The notes under the pieces were generated by a model that saw only the letters and a list, made by a program, of their open reading frames with translations, made no database searches and was not told where the DNA came from. Of a DNA stretch of 64,000 nt, positions 41,609 through 55,309 are shown one piece after another. The translations under genes and the position numbers were made by a program. The stretch covers positions 28,396,001 through 28,460,000 of the forward strand of contig OZ024744.1 in NCBI GenBank assembly GCA_964016885.1. The letters run 5' to 3'. Numbering within the stretch: position 1 is the first letter of the stretch; every line of letters begins with the position of its first letter. This stretch comes from Eledone cirrhosa. Its lineage: Eukaryota.

Positions 41609-44600
41609 CTACAGGTTTATATACAGAGAAGGCCCATTCACCCGGACCATTTTCACCGCATTCACCCACCGTTCAGCGAATATACTGGGGTGTAGCACCT
41701 CTCTCTCCACTCTCACCTTCATTCTGAAGTGGTACTTAAAGAAGGGGATGAGTTGTTTTACGGAGAGAAAGGTGTTTGCCCTCAGTCCTTTTAACCTCGT
41801 CCACCATATTACCTCTTTCGCCATAACACCAGACAGAGGAAGACCGCCTCTCCTTCATTCTTAAATGGGGCGGCGGAGTGATCCTCACGATGGACTTGGG
41901 TGACAACTGGATACGTCCTACACGTGACAGTAGCTGTTTGACATAATTCCACAGGTCGGTCACCCCTGGGCACTGAACAATTGCGTGCAGAACGGTTTCT
42001 GCATCTTGGACAGGTCTTTTTGGCAAGATCTCTGCCAGGGCGTCCGTGCCTGTAGATTTTGTCTCGGACTGGTAGAGCTCATCGGTAGCACTGCCAGGCC
42101 AGAGACCTCTGGAAGTTATCCATACGCCCTAGATGGAAAGCCCTCCCGGACAGACTGGTCAGTTCGTCTTCCTCGATGCCTAGAGATTCCCCGAGAATGT
42201 CGTCGCACTTATCCTCCACTAATCCCCTATAGAATGTCGAAGTGGAGTCTCCGCCGATTGCAGTTTCCGCTTGGTAGAGGGCTGTGAGCGCCTGAAGGCA
42301 CTCGAGGTGCCAGACGCCCATTTTTGGTCTTCGCTCGACCCAGGACTGCAGCTCTGTTAGTGAGACGAGTTGTGGAAGAGCTCGTCTCACAAACGACAGC
42401 CACACCGGTTCGCCGGTCAGGAACACCTGGAGATGGCGTAGCCTCAGGGCGTGTTTGCGCATCATCAGCCATGCCATGCCCAGCCCTCCGCTAGAAGGGT
42501 GTTGATAGCAGATGGAGCTCCTCACCAATGGAGCCTGTTTCTTCTAGAGGAACTTGAAGAGTAGGCGCTCCATTTTGGTGAGGTATTCGCTGGACAAGGC
42601 ACGACTGTCAAGCGGTAGTAGATGACGGTCGCTATGTAAGTGTTTACTACCTTCGCTCGACCTTTCAAGGAGAGTTTACACGCAACCCACTTCTGGGTGA
42701 GTGCAAACACCTTCGCCGTGAATTCGTTCCAGTTCTTGTCCACCTGGAGGTCTGGACCAAACCAGACTCCGAGAAATTTCACCGGTCCTTCCGTCCAACG
42801 TCCAGCGACACTGTCGGAATGCATGGGTTTGCCTCTCCATGTGCCGAGTTGCAAACCGACAGACTTGTTTGGGTTTAGTCTTGTTCCTGTCAACGTTTCG
42901 TATTCCTGTAATAGGTTGCCGATTACTCCGATGTCTGAGGTTTTCGACACCATTACGGTTATGTCGTCGGCATAGGCCGACGCTGCTTTCCACAGTCCTG
43001 GTTCGATCGGGATGCGCTGCAACAGCTCCAACTTCTGCAGTAATGGCTCGAGAGTCAGTACATACAGAATGGAGGAGAGAGGGCACCCCCAATGGATGGA
43101 ACGCATGACTTGGAATGGCTCCGATAGGTAGCCATTCACCTTGACTGTCGAGCAGATGTTGCTGTGCATGGCAGCGACCCAGCTTCTGAAGACGGGACCG
43201 AAGCCGGACGCCTTGAGAACCGCTTCCAAGTATTGATGGTCGACCCTATCAAGTGCCTTAGACTGATCCAAATTGATCAGAGCCCCACCGAAGCCAGGTT
43301 TACACCATACCCTCCCTATGATATATCGCATGAGGTGGAGGTTGTCGCGTATGGACCTGGTCGGGATTGCACACATTTGCGCTTCCCCTACCAGATTCTC
43401 GACGACAAGCGCCAGCCTCGCTGCTAACACCTTGGCCAAAATCTTTAACTTGAGCAGAGTTATGGGCTTGAAATTGCTTATCTCATCCCCCTTGTTTTCA
43501 TCTTTCCTGATCAGAGTTACTACGCCTCTGCCTACAGAGCTGGGAATCCTCCCGTTCTGCTGCCAGTTGCAATAGACCGCTTCGAGGACGCCAGAGAACA
43601 AGTCTTGCATGCCTATGTAAAGCTCATAGGGTAGATCATCTAACCCGGGTGATTTGCGTTTTGCACAGCGGCCTAGGGCATCTTCTATTTCGCCAGCTGT
43701 AATCGGCCTTTCGCAGCTCTCCGCAGCCGTGTTCGAGAGTCGTGGTACACCGCTGAGGTAGGAACTGAAGTCATCACCTCGCTCGACGTACCGCTTTGCT
43801 GGAACAGTTGTGCAAAATGCTGCTGGAAGGCCGTGCACATCTGCTTGGATTCAAGTAGAATGCGTCCATCTTTGTCTTGCAAGGACCGAATTGTGGATTT
43901 GTTGTCACTTTCGCCTCTGCCACTCGGGCCCAGCCAACAGCTTTGGCTCCCTCGTTTCTTAGAGCACGTGCTCTACTTCTGACAATACAACCTTCGTGTT
44001 TCACGTTGAATAACTGGTCTAGTGCCGTTCTCACCGCTAGCACGTCAGCTGTATTGCCATTCCTAAGGGCCTCGTCTACTTTAGGTACCACTTCCTTTTC
44101 GGTTTTGTTTTTTTCTAAAGCTACTTCCTTGCTAAATGCTATCGATTTTATTCTAATAGCTCTCTTGAGAGAGCTCCACCACCTGTTGTTGACGATCGCC
44201 CCCGTCAACTGGCACTTAAATAAGATGCTAATCCGTTTACTGTAGTCTTTACGCGCTGGAAGCGACATGTTTGGCTATCTAAATACGATCTAGAAGACCC
44301 AGTGCGGTTGCTCCACGTCCACAGGTGGTACACTTGGGAAGTCTAGTCGATATCTATCAGCCAGTTGGAATTGGTTGATGAGATTTTTTAGACTACCCCC
44401 TCCCCTCTATTATCACAAGCTCCTACATAGTCCCAACGTGCATCTAAGATGCCATTCCGATCCCCCGCTAACACTAAGGAGCGAGACGTTCCCAGGAATG
44501 GCTCCATACGCTTGAAGAACTCTGGTCCCGGCCGCGAGTCTGAAAGCTCCACCTTCACTACCATTCACGTCCAGGACCACCAAGCTGCCCTCCGGGTCCA

Positions 44601-44866
44601 AGTGAATCGTTTGTACTTTGAGATTGAAGTTTTTTCGAAACAGAACAGCAACTCCCCATCCACCTCATGGCTGACAGAGAGATGCGTAGATCTCAAAGTC
44701 AACGAACATGGGGGGGGGGGGGTAATTGCTGCCTGTCGTGAATCCTGGACTCGGTGATGGTTATCACATCTATACAATGTGACCTGAGATCATTTAAAAG
44801 CTGGCCCTGTTTTCAGGGCATGCCTAGGCCAGGTACATTCAAACATCCAACTTGTATAGTCACCAT
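41609..44866 (-). pseudogene. E2 ORF2: APE endonuclease - reverse transcriptase - CCHC domain, frameshifted
   Basis: GCLNVPGL...DVITITESRI (EN), KSPGLDDLPYELY, FKPITLL, LDQSKALDRVDH, GCPLSSILY, YADD, FLGVWFG. Confidence 0.93.
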
Positions 44867-44896
44867 GTTGGTGAAGAAGAGTTAGAGAGAGAAAAC

Positions 44897-44904
44897 ATTT
44901 ACCT
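44897..44904 (-). promoter_or_regulatory. Predicted 5' splice donor AG|GTAAAT overlapping the E2 ORF1 stop (TAA)
   Basis: Same position as the donors in E4 and E5; this copy deviates from consensus at +5. Confidence 0.45.
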
Positions 44905-46643
44905 TTTCGCTTCCTGGAGGTCGGGTTATTCGATCTCCATGTGCAGATTGGGGGTGTTTGGGGAGAGAGGGAATCCTTTTAGAAGGACACGGTTAAGGGT
45001 TTTTTGGCAATGTTGGGTCCACAGCAGGTGGGAAGCTCCGTTTCAATGTTTCATGTTGTAGGGTTGTTACCCTGATCAGTTTGAGGTTTGTGGGTGAGTC
45101 GTTGGTGGGGAAGGTTTTCCCTTCTGTTTGTATTGTGGGGTCCTTTCGGACAGTGCCTACCAATTCTTTGTTTGTTGTTTTTATGTATGTGTAGTGTGTT
45201 TTGTTTTTTATGTGTGCTGTTTCTGTTTGTAGTTTTCTTTTTGTGGTTGAGCTTTGTGATTGTGGTGGTGTGGGTGTTTGTTTTGTTGGGAAGTGTTTGG
45301 TTGTGTTGGTGGTGATTTTGTTGTTGGTGCGTTTGTCGTTTGTGGCGGTGTGTTTATGTTGGTGTTGGGTGAGTGCGTCTCTTCTGTGGATGTTTTTGTA
45401 TTTTTTCTGTCTTTTTTCTTTTTTGGATTTTTGGGGTTCCTCTTCATTCTCACTTGGAGATGTAGAGGTTCCCGTGTGTGAGACTTCTGAATCAGGGGTA
45501 GATGGGAGGGGTATGTTGTGTGGTGGAGTGTTTGTGCAGGTGTTTGTGGAAGTATTTGACAGGGAGGGAGGAGGCATTGGAGAGTTTTTCAGTGGGATTT
45601 TGTGTGCGTGGGTGTCTCTGGTCTGTGGTGGTGTGGGAGTGGATGTTGCAGGTTTTTGTGTTGTATTTGGTTTGGGGTGTTGATGTCGGGGTTTTGGTGT
45701 TGGCAATAGCACCTTGTTTGTCCTAGGTTTGTTTAAGAGAGGGCAAAATGCCTTTAAGTGTGTGGTTTTCCCACACTTATGGCACTAAGGTATTTCCCCT
45801 CCACTAAAATGGAGATGACATCTTCCTCAATGACGATCCTGTCCGGGATTTTCTCAACTCTCTCTGGCCTTATTTGTACCAGAACCTCGATGCAGGTTGC
45901 AAACCAGTTATTCTGGTCTGTCCTGTCTGCAGATAAGAGGGTGTCCTGATCCTTCTTCAGGATGCAGCGTAGGATCCACCATATGTTGACCTCTGCTGGG
46001 ATCCTGGTTATTTTTATTTTGTAGGATCTTCTTCCCATGTATGTGTGGTAGAAAATGTGTTGATCCGTTTTTATTGGGTGAACCGAGTGTTTTTGTGCCA
46101 GAGTTTCGCTCTTAAAGAGCACTGACACACTTCCATACTGTTTAGCTCTTTGGAGGTATGCCACGTCTGGGTTTTTTTGGTAATGATGTCAACTGTTCTG
46201 TAGATCAGTTTCTTTTTCTGTCATCTCTCTTACTTGTGGGGATATGTGTATGTGTGGGGTGTCTCCCTCAAACGTCACATAGCTGGAGGCTTCTTCCAAA
46301 TATTGGGATTTTTGGGAAAAGTCCATAAGGTAATATTTAAAATCTTGTTGCCTAGCAACGGTTGCTGCAAATGAAATTTTGTTATTGTTGTTGTTGGTGG
46401 TGATGATGGTCTCATTCGTTGTGTTGCCGCTGATTCCTTTTGTTGTATTGTTGTTGTTCTCATTTATTGTGTTGTTGTTGTTGTTATTGTTGGTTGTGGT
46501 GGTGTTAGTATTGGCTACACATCCTTCTGTGTGTGGATACATGTGACGTTTGTGACGTCAGGCGTGTTCAGTTGCTTATAAGCAACTGGAGCTTGTTCCT
46601 CTTTTAAATATTGAGGCGATAATGTTGGCATTCCTTTGTCCAT
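44899..46643 (-). pseudogene. E2 ORF1 (gag-like, zinc knuckle, T/K/P-rich region), disrupted; start uncertain
   Basis: TYMGRRSYKIKI...VNIWWIL...EVLVQIRPER is homologous to ORF1 of E4 and E5. Frameshifted CHKCGKTTHLKAFC knuckle. Ends PDLQEAKR*. Confidence 0.8.
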
Positions 46644-46913
46644 GTCTGCTACTACCTGCTGGTCAAGTAGGCATGGCTTTCCCTTCCATCTTCTTGTATT
46701 GACAAAGAAGTAGGTGCCTTTGCTTCGGTCATTTTTATTTAAAATTGAAGTGTTTTGCAAAAATATTTTCGAAAATATGTTGGATGTTTTTGCCCTGAGG
46801 GGCACGATATTTTGGGAGACTGACCAGATCAAAATTTGACCATTCAGTCCCTCTACAAATTGGTATAAAAATAAAAGTTCACAATGACGAATTTCTAAAG
46901 AAATTTAAACAAA

Positions 46914-46922
46914 ACTTACCGA
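46914..46922 (-). promoter_or_regulatory. Predicted 5' splice donor TCG|GTAAGT ~30 nt from the E2 5' end
   Basis: Consensus donor followed by a T-rich sequence; E5 has an equivalent motif although the leaders are otherwise dissimilar. Confidence 0.5.
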
Positions 46923-46958
46923 GCAGGTTTAACACATTTGTCCCTCCCAGAGATAGAT

Positions 46959-49910
46959 AACTTTCTTTTTATTTGCCACCAGGGCATCAAAAAGTGGGAC
47001 AAGTACAATGGAGGTAGTTTACATAAAAAGGCGTCCTCACTAAGGAGGAGGCAATAACAAGATATAAAAAATAAAATATAAAATATAACAAAAATAAATT
47101 TAATAATAAAATCCACAATAGGGAGGAGGCGCCTTGGGGGTTCGCACACACCCCCGAAAAAAGTGTGCAACCATTCTCCTCAGGAGCACAGAGAGAGGGT
47201 GCTCCCTTGGTCTTTCATCTTCCTCACCTATAAAAACGGCTGGGGTCCAGCAACTCTCTCTCCATCCTGATTCTTCTTCCGAAATGATATCGGAAGAAAC
47301 GGACCAGTTGTTGGCCAGAGAAAAATGTGTCTGACCTCAGTCCTTTCAGACGCGTCCACCATACAACCTCTTTCGCCATGGCTATTGCGCACAGAAACAC
47401 CGCCTCTTCTTCGTTTTTGAAGTGGGGAGGCGGCTTGATCGTTACAATAGACTCGGTGGTCAACAGGATCGATCCCACCCTTGACAGCAGTTGTTCGACA
47501 TAGCCCCACAGATCGGCAATGCCCGAGCAGTGTACCAATGCGTGTGCAACGGTTTCCTCGTCGCACACGCATCTGGGACAGATCTTTTTCGAGGGGTCCC
47601 TACCCGGGCGCCCGAGTCTGTAGAGCCTTTCTCGAACGGGCAGAGCCCCTCGGTAGCACTGCCAGGCCAGGGACCTCTGGAAGTTATCCATGGGTCCCGG
47701 GCTGAATGTCCTACCGAATAGGTTGGCCAGTTCGTCTTCCTCCATGCCTAGGGCTTCTCCGAGGGCGTCGTCGCACCTGCTAACCACCAGCCCTCTATAG
47801 AATGACGAGGTGGATTCTCCACTGACAGCCGGATCCGCCTGCCAGAGAGCCGTGAGCGCCTGGGCACACTCAGTGTGCTAGGCGCCCAGCTTTCTTGGTC
47901 TTTACTTGACCCAGGATTGCAGCTCGGTGAGCGAGACGAGTCTGGGAAAGGCTCGCCTCACAAATGGGGCCCACACCGGTTGACCGGTGAGGAATACCTG
48001 GAGGTGCCGTAGCCTTAATGCGTGTTTACGTATCATTAGCCACGGCATCCTCAGCCTTCCTTTCGAAGGCTGCAGATGGATCTCCTCACCATAGGAGCCC
48101 GCTTCTTCCAAAGGAATTGGAAGAGTGCGCGCTCCATTTTGGCGAGCGTTTCCCTTGGGCAAGGCACGACGGTCATGCGTTAGTAGATGACGGACGCTAT
48201 ATAAGGGTTCGCCACCTCCGCCCGACCTTTCAGGGACAGTTTGCACTCGGCCCACTTTTGGGTCAGTGCAAACACCCTGTTCGTTACCTCACCCCAGTTC
48301 TTCTCCACCTGGAGGTCTGGTCCGAACCAGACCCCGTCAACTTCACCGGGCCCTCCGTCCAGCGCCCGACGACGCCATCGGAGGGCATCGATCTGCCCCT
48401 CCACGTGCCGAGTTGCAAACCGATCGACTTGTCCCGGTTCAGCTTAGCCCCTGTAAACCTTTCTTACTCCTCCAGTAAGTTTCCGATCGCCCCGATTTCG
48501 GAGACCGTCGACACCATTACTGTTACGTCATCGGCGTAGGCCGACACCGCTTTCCGCAATTCCGGTTCCAACGTTATGCTTTGCAACAACTTCCGCAGAA
48601 GTGGCTCTAGAGTCACTACATACAGAAGGGAGGAGAGAGGGCACCCTTGTCGGATGGACCGCGCGAATTCGAAAGGTTCCGAGAGGTAGCCGTTCACCTT
48701 GACCCTAGAGCAGATGCGGCTGCTGTGCATAACAGTGATCCAGCCGCTGAAAACGGGTCCGAAGCCTGCCACCGCTAGCACCACATCCAGGTAACCATGG
48801 TCGACCCTATCGAACACGTTAGATTGATACAAGTTGATCAGGGCCCCACCAATGATGTATTGCATGAGGTGGAGGTTGTCGTGGATGGACCTGGACGGGA
48901 TAGCACATGTCTGCGCATCTCCCACCAGATTGCCCACGACAAGCGCCAAACTCTTTGCTAGCACCTTGGCCAAAATCTGTAACTCTGTATTTAGCAGAGT
49001 TATGGGCTTGAAATTATTTATATCGTCCCCCTTGTACTCGTCCTTCCTCACTAGCGTGACTACACCCTTGGTCACAGCACTTCCTATTTCTATTTGAGGC
49101 TAACTCCTTACTAAATTCTATAGAGACTACTCTAATCTGTCTTTTGAGAGTACCCCACCTGCTGTTGACGATGGCGCCCGTCAACCGCTCCTTAACTAAA
49201 GTGTTAATCCGGTCCCTGTAAGCCTTACTTGCCGGTAAGGACAAGTTGAGCTTCCAATAACCGGGTCCCTGTCTATGCGTTCTGTTAAGGTTGACCATGC
49301 AGGTCACTAACTTGTGGTCTGAATAGCCAACCATGAGCATTTTTTGACAACTTAAAAAGTCCTTATCCTTATTTCTAACTAAGAACCTATCTAGGTATGA
49401 CCTAGATGTTCCGCTGCGGTTTACCCAAGTCCAGGTTGGCGCAGTCGGAAAATCTAGTCGATATCTATCGGTCAGGTCAAATCGACCGATTAACCCTTTG
49501 AGGCTGTTACACACCTCTCTATCGGGACAGGCCCCTACGTAGTCCCAACTAATAGCAAGGAGCGGGACGTCCCTAGAAAAGTCTCCAGACGATGGAGGAA
49601 GTCCGGCCGCGTTGACCCGAAAGGGCCGTAGACGGTACCAGCCTAAACGCTCCGCCTTCACCACTGCCAAGATCCTGAACCACTAGTCGACCCTCCGGGT
49701 TCAAATGTACCGTCTGTGTTGCGAGACCCAGGTGTTTTTGCAGCAGAACGACAACCCCACCCCCACCTCCGGGCTGACAGTCAGATGCGTGCATCTCAAA
49801 GTCATCAAAGGTGGCGGTCAGCTGTCGCTTGTTGCTGATCCGGGCCTAACCATTACATCTATACGTTGTGACCTGAGGTCATTTAGAAGCATTGCTTGCT
49901 TCCAATTGGA
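46959..49910 (-). mobile_element. L1/Tx1-type LINE copy E3, truncated within the first codons of ORF2, with internal deletions; subfamily B
   Basis: EN motifs SYLDRFLV and SDHKLV, GPGYWKLN; RT motifs IRQGCPLSSLLY and YADD. Deletion near 49078 and a ~55-nt deletion at the ORF2 end (~47230). 5' end abuts the E4 TATC tail. Confidence 0.92.
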
Positions 49911-50206
49911 GAGATAGATAGATAGATAAATAGATAGAAAGATGATTGACAGACAGATATATAGATAGATAGATAAATTTATTTACCACAAGGGCGCACA
50001 AGAAAAGGGGACAATACAAAGACATGCCGGGGATATTACATACAGTCTTGTAAAAAAATATAAAACAAACAATTATAACAATCGAAATCCCCAATAGCGG
50101 GAGGCGCCACAAATGGGTTGTTTAATACCCCGTCGATAGAACAACCCTCAACTTCAGGAGCGTGTTGTGAGAGTGCTTCTTTCTTCCTTTTGCTCTCTTC
50201 TTTAAC

Positions 50207-53200
50207 CTACAAGCTTATAAACAGAGAAGGCCCAATCACTCGGGCCATTTTCGCTTCATTCACCCACCTTTCAGTAAATTTACTGGGATGCAATGCCTCT
50301 CTCTCCACTCTGATTTTCCTTCTAAAGTGATACTTAAAGAAGGGAATCAATTGTTGTCCGGAGAGAAAGGCATCTGTCCTCACTCCTCTCAATCTCGTCC
50401 ACCATATAACTTCTTTCACCATAGCCACTCTACAGAGGAAAACCGCCTCTCTTTCGTTTTTGAAAGAAGTTGGCGGTTTGATCCTTACTATGGACTCGGC
50501 AGTCAACTGGATTTGTCCCATACGCGACAGAAGTTGTTCTGCGTAGTTCCACAGGTTGGTTACGCCCGGGCAGTGTACAATTGCGTGCAGGACGGTTTCA
50601 ATGTTCTGCGCGCATCTTGGACATGTCCTCTTGGAAGGATCCCTGCCGGGGCGTCCGTGCCTGTAGATCTTGTCACGAACTGGTAGAGCTTCTCGGTAGC
50701 AGTGCCAGGCCAGTGACCTCTGGAAGTTGTCCATAGATCCCGGGCGGAAAGTCCTACCAAACCGACTGGTGAGCTCATCGTCTTCGATGACCAGAGTCTC
50801 TCCGAGCGCATCGTCGTCTTTGTAACGTACAATCCCTCTATAGAATGTTGAAGTGGAGTCTCCACTGATTACTGTCCCCGCTTGCCAGAGGACTGCGAGC
50901 GCCTGAGCGTATTCAATGTGCCAGGCGCCCATCGTTTTCGTTCTTTTCTTGACCGAGGACTGCAGCTCCGTCAGCGAGACGAGCTGCGGCAAAGCCCGCA
51001 CCGGTTGGGGGCCGGTGAGGATTACCTGGAGATGCCGCAGCTTCAGCGCATGTTTGCGCATCATCAGACACGGCATTCCCAGCCCACCGTTGGAAGGGTG
51101 CTGATACCAGACGGATAACCTCACCAGCAGAACCTGCTCCTTCCACAGAAACTGGAAGAGCATGCGTTCCATCTTGGCGAGGTGTTCACGTGGACAAGGC
51201 ACGACAGTCAAGCGGTAGTAGATGACGGACGTTATGAAAGTGTTCGCCAACTCCACTCGCCCTTTCAAGGACAGTTTGCACTCTGCCCACTTCTGTATGA
51301 GCGCAAACTCCTTGGCCGTGACCTCGTTTCAGTTTTTCTCCACCTGGAGGTCTAGACCGAAGCAGACCCCGAGCAATTTCACCGGTCCGTCCGTCCAGCG
51401 TCCAACGACGCTGTCGGACGTCATCGGTTTTCCTCTCCACTTACCGAGTTGCAAACCGACAGACTTTTCCGGGTTTAGTTTTGCTCCCGTCAGCGTTTCG
51501 TATTATTTCAGTAAGTTGCCGATCATCCCGATTTCCGAGGTGTTCGACACCATTACCGTCACGTCGTCGGCATGAGCCAACGCCGCTTTGCGCAGTCCCG
51601 GTTCTAGAGGGATGCCCTGCAACAGCTCTAATTTCCGCAGTAGTGGCTCTAGAGTCAGTACGTACAGAATGGAGGAGAGAGGGCATCCCTGTCGAATGGA
51701 ACGCGTTATTGCGAACGGCTCCAATAGGTAGCCATTCACCTTGACCCTCGAGCAGATGCTGGTGTGCATCGCCTCTATCCAGCCTCTGAAAACGGGACCG
51801 AAACCGGCCGCCTTGAGAACCGCTTCCAATTATCGATGATCGATCTTATCGAATGCCGTAGACTGATCCAAATTGATCAGAGCCCCATCGAAACCGGGTT
51901 TACTACCCACCCTCTCTATGATGTATCGCATGAGGTGGAGGTTGTCGTGTATGGACCTGGTCGGGATTGCACACGTTTGCGATTTCCCTACCAGTTTTTC
52001 GACGACAAGCGCCAACCTCGTCGCGAGCACCTTGGCCAAAATCTTTAACTCTGTGTTGAGCAGAGTTATGGGCCTGAAGTTGTTAATTTCGTCCCCCTTT
52101 TTCTCGTCTTTCCTGGTCAGCGTTACTATGCCCTTGCCTGCAGAACTGGGAATTCTCCCGTTCTGCTGCCAATTGCAGTAGACGAACAAGTCTGGCATGT
52201 CTATGTAAAACTCATAGGGTAGACCATCTAGACCAGGTAACTTGCGTTTCCCGCAGCGGCCCAAAGCGTCCCGTATCTCAGCGTCCGTGATCGATCTTTC
52301 GCGGAACTCGGTGTCCTTGTTCGAGAGACGCGGCAGGCCGTCTAGGTATGAACTAAAGTTCATTGTCCCGTTCGGCTCACCGTCCTTCTGCTCAAACAGT
52401 CGCGCAAAGTGCTGCTGAAAGGCCGCGTACATTTGTTTGGGGTCAAGTAGCATGCGTCCGTTTTGGTCTTTCAAAGACCGAATCGTGGACTTGTTGCCAC
52501 TTTTTGCCTCTGCCACTCGGGCCCAGCTGACAGCTTTCGCTCCTTCGTTTCCTAGAGCATGTGTTTTGCTTCTGACCACGCAGCCTTCGTTTTTCCCGTC
52601 GAAACACTGGTCCACTGCCGTTCTGGACGCTAACATTCTCGTCGCGTTGCCATTTCTAAGTACCTCCTCTACCTTGGCTATTAGTTCTCTTTCTAGTTTG
52701 TTTTTCTCTACGGCTAACTCTCTGCTAAACGCTATCGATTCTACTCTAATTGCTTTCTTGAGAGTGTACCACTATCTATTGTTGACGATGGCTCCCGTTA
52801 ACTCCTGCTTGACTAGTCTACTTATCCGTTCACTGTAAGCTTTACGTGCCGGCAACGACACGTTCAGCTTCCAGTGTATCCGAGACCCTGTCTATGTATT
52901 CTATCACGGTTGACTAAACAGACGACTAATTTGTGATCTGAATAGGCAACCATGTGCATTCGTGGACAGCTTAACATCTCCTTGTCCCTTTCTCTAATGA
53001 AGAACCTATCTAAATACGATCTAAATGTACCGCTGAGGTTTGTCCACGTCCACTGTGGTGCAATCGGGAAATCTTGTCGATACCTATCGGGCAGTTGGAA
53101 TTGGCTGATTAGATTTTTGAGACTGTTGCGCCCCTCTCTACTGTGACATGATTCTACATAGACCCATCGTGCATCTAGGATACCATTCCAGTCCCCCACT

Positions 53201-53617
53201 AAAACCAAGGAGCGAGACGTTCTCAGAAAATACTCTAGACGCATAAAGAAGTCTGGCCGCGATTGTGATTGCCCGGTCGGGGCATAAACGGCCACCAGTT
53301 TGAAGGCTCTACCTCCAATACTGTTCACATCTAGGACCACCAATCTACCCTCCGGGTCCAAGTACTTGCTGTACTTCGAGATCCAGGTTTTTCCGAAACA
53401 TGACAGTCACTCCCCCTCCAGCTCCCGGCTGACAGAGAGATGCGGAGATCTCAAAGTCATTGAAGATGGGGGTTAGTAGCTGCCTGTTGTGGATCCTGGA
53501 CTCGGTGATGGCTATTACATCTATACCGTGTGACCCAAGGTCGTTTAAAAGTTGGCCCTGTTTCCAGGACATCCCTAGGCCACGCACATTCACGCTTCCA
53601 ACTCGTAAGTCAACCAT
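50207..53617 (-). pseudogene. E4 ORF2 (EN-RT-CCHC) with stops and frameshifts
   Basis: MVDLRVGSVNVRGL, VYAPT, LVGDWN, YLDRFF, SDHKLV, PGLDGLPYEFY, NFRPITLLNTELKILAK, RQGCPLS, HADD, CPRC...H...C. Confidence 0.93.
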
Positions 53618-53656
53618 GTTGGTGGAGAAGAGTTGGAAAAAAGGACGAAAAGGTGC

Positions 53657-53664
53657 ACTTACCT
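53657..53664 (-). promoter_or_regulatory. Predicted 5' splice donor AG|GTAAGT overlapping the E4 ORF1 stop (TAA)
   Basis: Perfect match to the U1 snRNA-complementary consensus AAG|GTAAGT. Confidence 0.55.
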
Positions 53665-54846
53665 TTTCGTTTCCTGGAGATCGGGTTGTTCAATCTCTAT
53701 TTCAGTTCTTGTAGGGGTATTGGGTTGGATGGGGAAACATTTTAATAAGACGCATTTAACAGGATTTTGACAAGGGTTGCCAACATCCTGCGAAAATTGT
53801 TCTTTCAATTTCTGATAGGCTTCTATTGAAATTCTTATTAGTTTTAGGCGTGGAGACGATTCTGCCTTGACGAAAGTTTTGCCTCCGTCTCCACCTTATG
53901 GTTTTGGGAGATGACCTCCATCAAACTCTTGTTGTTTGTGTTGATGTATGCGTATTGTTTTTTTTTTTTTTGTTGTGTTGTTTTAGTTTGTTGTTCGTCC
54001 GGGAGTTTTCTTTTTATGGTGGGTGCTTGTGTTTGGGGTGGTGTTGGTGTTGATTTTGCTGGTAGGGGGATTTTTGACTGTGGTGTTGTTTGTGTTGTTG
54101 TTTGTGTCTGTCGTTGTGTGTTGGTGTTGGTGATTGGAGTTTTGGGGGGTTTGTGGTGTCTCTTTTTTTGTTTTTTAGATTTCCGAGGCTCTTCTTCTTC
54201 ACTTAAAGAAGGAGAATCAACCTCATCTGTTGTTGAATAATCATCGTCAGGAATGTGGGTTAGGGGTATGTTGTGTGGTGGTGGTGTTTTGGCGCGTGTG
54301 TTTGTGGTAGTGTTAGATGGAGTGGGATGGGGTGGGTCTGTGTTCTTCAGGGGTGTTGTCTGTGTTTTTCTGTTGTTGTTGGTTGAGTGGCTGTTTGTTT
54401 TGGTGTGTTTGCTCGTTTCGTCTGTTGCTGTACTTGTGGTGGTTGTTGTTTTCGTGTTGGTGTTGGTAATAGTGTTTTTTAATGATGTTGTTGTGGTGTG
54501 TTTGTAAAGGGCATGAGGCCTTTAGGTGTGTTGTGCTACCACAGCGAAAGCAATGAAGTTTACGACCCTTCACCGAAATGTTTATTTTGTTGTTGTCGTC
54601 GATGACGACTTTTTCGGGTGTTTTGGAGATTCTCTCCAGCCTCATCTGTATCAGAATCTCCAAATCTCTACCCGCCCACCTTTGTCTAATAGTCTTTCGT
54701 ATTGAAAGAATAGCATCAGTTTCTGGCTCCACGAAGCCAGCCAAGATCCACCAGACGTTAATGTTTGGTGGTATATTTTTATTTTTTATTTTTTGTGTCC
54801 TTTTTCCAATGTAGGTAAGGAAAAAGGACACGTTATATTCACGGGG
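53659..54846 (-). pseudogene. E4 ORF1, 5'-incomplete, disrupted
   Basis: TYIGKRTQKIK...INVWWILAG; CFRCGSTTHLKASC zinc knuckle; ends EQPDLQETKR*. Confidence 0.82.
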
Positions 54847-54848
54847 TA

Positions 54849-54995
54849 TAAAAAAATCCGTTGTAACGAAATATTTTTTATAGCGAGATCGACCAAAGCA
54901 AATCGTTTTTTTGTTATTACCTCCGAGATTGAAAAACATTTCGTTATACTGAAAAAATTGTTTTTATGTCATTCGTTATAACGGAATTTTACCTG
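54849..54995. mobile_element. Possible Tc1/pogo-type MITE
   Basis: Imperfect inverted ends AAAATCCGTTGTAACGAA and TTCGTTATAACGGAATTTTACCTG, flanked by TA. The left end is degraded. Confidence 0.4.
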
Positions 54996-55309
54996 TATAT
55001 ATATACAAATAGTAAAATAAAAACTATATAATATTTATACATAGTATATATTATATTATTTATTATATATAAATTAACGATTGTATTTATTATATATTAT
55101 TTACAGTTTGTGTGTAGGTAGGTCTCTCTGGAAATAGGGTTGAAGGGCTGAGGATGTAACATGGCCGTGAGGGGTGGGGAGGGGCTCCAAACGTTTGAGA
55201 ACCTCTGCTCTATTCTATTGACGTTTATACTGCAATATATCGATCTAGATTTTTTAATTCATAATATCTGAAATCAATATTGTTTTTTTTATTTGCTTTT
55301 AAATATTAG

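Larger units (their letters stand above)
41357..46950 (-). mobile_element. L1/Tx1-type LINE copy E2, near full length (~5.6 kb), decayed; divergent subfamily
   Basis: 5' UTR, ORF1, 32-nt spacer, ORF2, 3' UTR with AATAAA, and a short degenerate TATC tail. Confidence 0.93.
49976..54846 (-). mobile_element. L1/Tx1-type LINE copy E4, ORF2 plus most of ORF1; divergent subfamily
   Basis: ORF2 and ORF1 homology; degenerate (TATC)n tail at 49911-49975. Confidence 0.93.
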
